Part shown: positions 63,985 through 64,000 of the stretch, one piece after another
How positions within the stretch are numbered: position 1 is the first letter of the stretch
Layout of the letters: each line of letters begins with the position of its first letter
Source: an uncultured Gemmatimonadaceae bacterium
GTDB lineage: Bacteria > Gemmatimonadota > Gemmatimonadetes > Gemmatimonadales > Gemmatimonadaceae
Length of the DNA stretch: 64,000 nt
Direction of reading: 5' to 3'
Assembly (NCBI GenBank): GCA_963829055.1
Contig: CAWHHI010000016.1
Coordinates: 1,056,001-1,120,000, forward strand
The notes under the pieces: model-generated
Told to the model about the DNA's origin: nothing
Databases searched by the model: none
The model's input: the letters and a program-made list of their open reading frames with translations, nothing else
Position numbers and translations under genes: made by a program

Positions 63985-64000
63985 TCGCGGACATCTGGAC
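63981..64000 (+). CDS. Start of a probable ABC-2 permease (truncated by the window edge)
   Basis: GTGA overlap with the upstream stop; reads VIADIW. Identity inferred from context only. Confidence 0.35.

Overview
GC-rich bacterial chromosome segment (roughly two-thirds G+C by eye). Gene content suggests Gemmatimonadota (inference), from the short FCB-type sigma-70, multiple MacB-type permeases, PD40 propeller/Omp85 proteins and a Hanks kinase. About 55 mostly housekeeping, transport and signalling genes are present: rimO, yajQ, sigma-70, lepB, two aldehyde dehydrogenases, an NtrC/NtrX-type regulator, thpR, larE, an MFS-MarR fusion, comM, a TonB-dependent receptor, sulP, dinB, apaG, a molybdoenzyme/cytochrome b pair, a giant NtrY-like histidine kinase, a TolC-MacA-ATPase-4x permease cluster and bshB1-kynA-kynB. 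About 20 genes are broken by single-base frameshifts, which I read as long-read/assembly indel errors rather than pseudogenes. I saw no rRNA, tRNA, CRISPR array, prophage or transposase. The most notable signals are: (1) a non-palindromic 7-8 bp word, (G)CCTAACG / CGTTAGG(C), counted about 41 times by eye, equally on both strands and in several reading frames at the cost of rare codons; (2) a soluble pseudokinase-kinase tandem protein directly downstream of an orphan giant histidine kinase; (3) a structured leader that could sequester the RBS of a vitamin-type TonB receptor; (4) an orphan LarE with a duplicated C-terminal domain; (5) a shared ~40-bp element about 42 bp upstream of rimO and yajQ.
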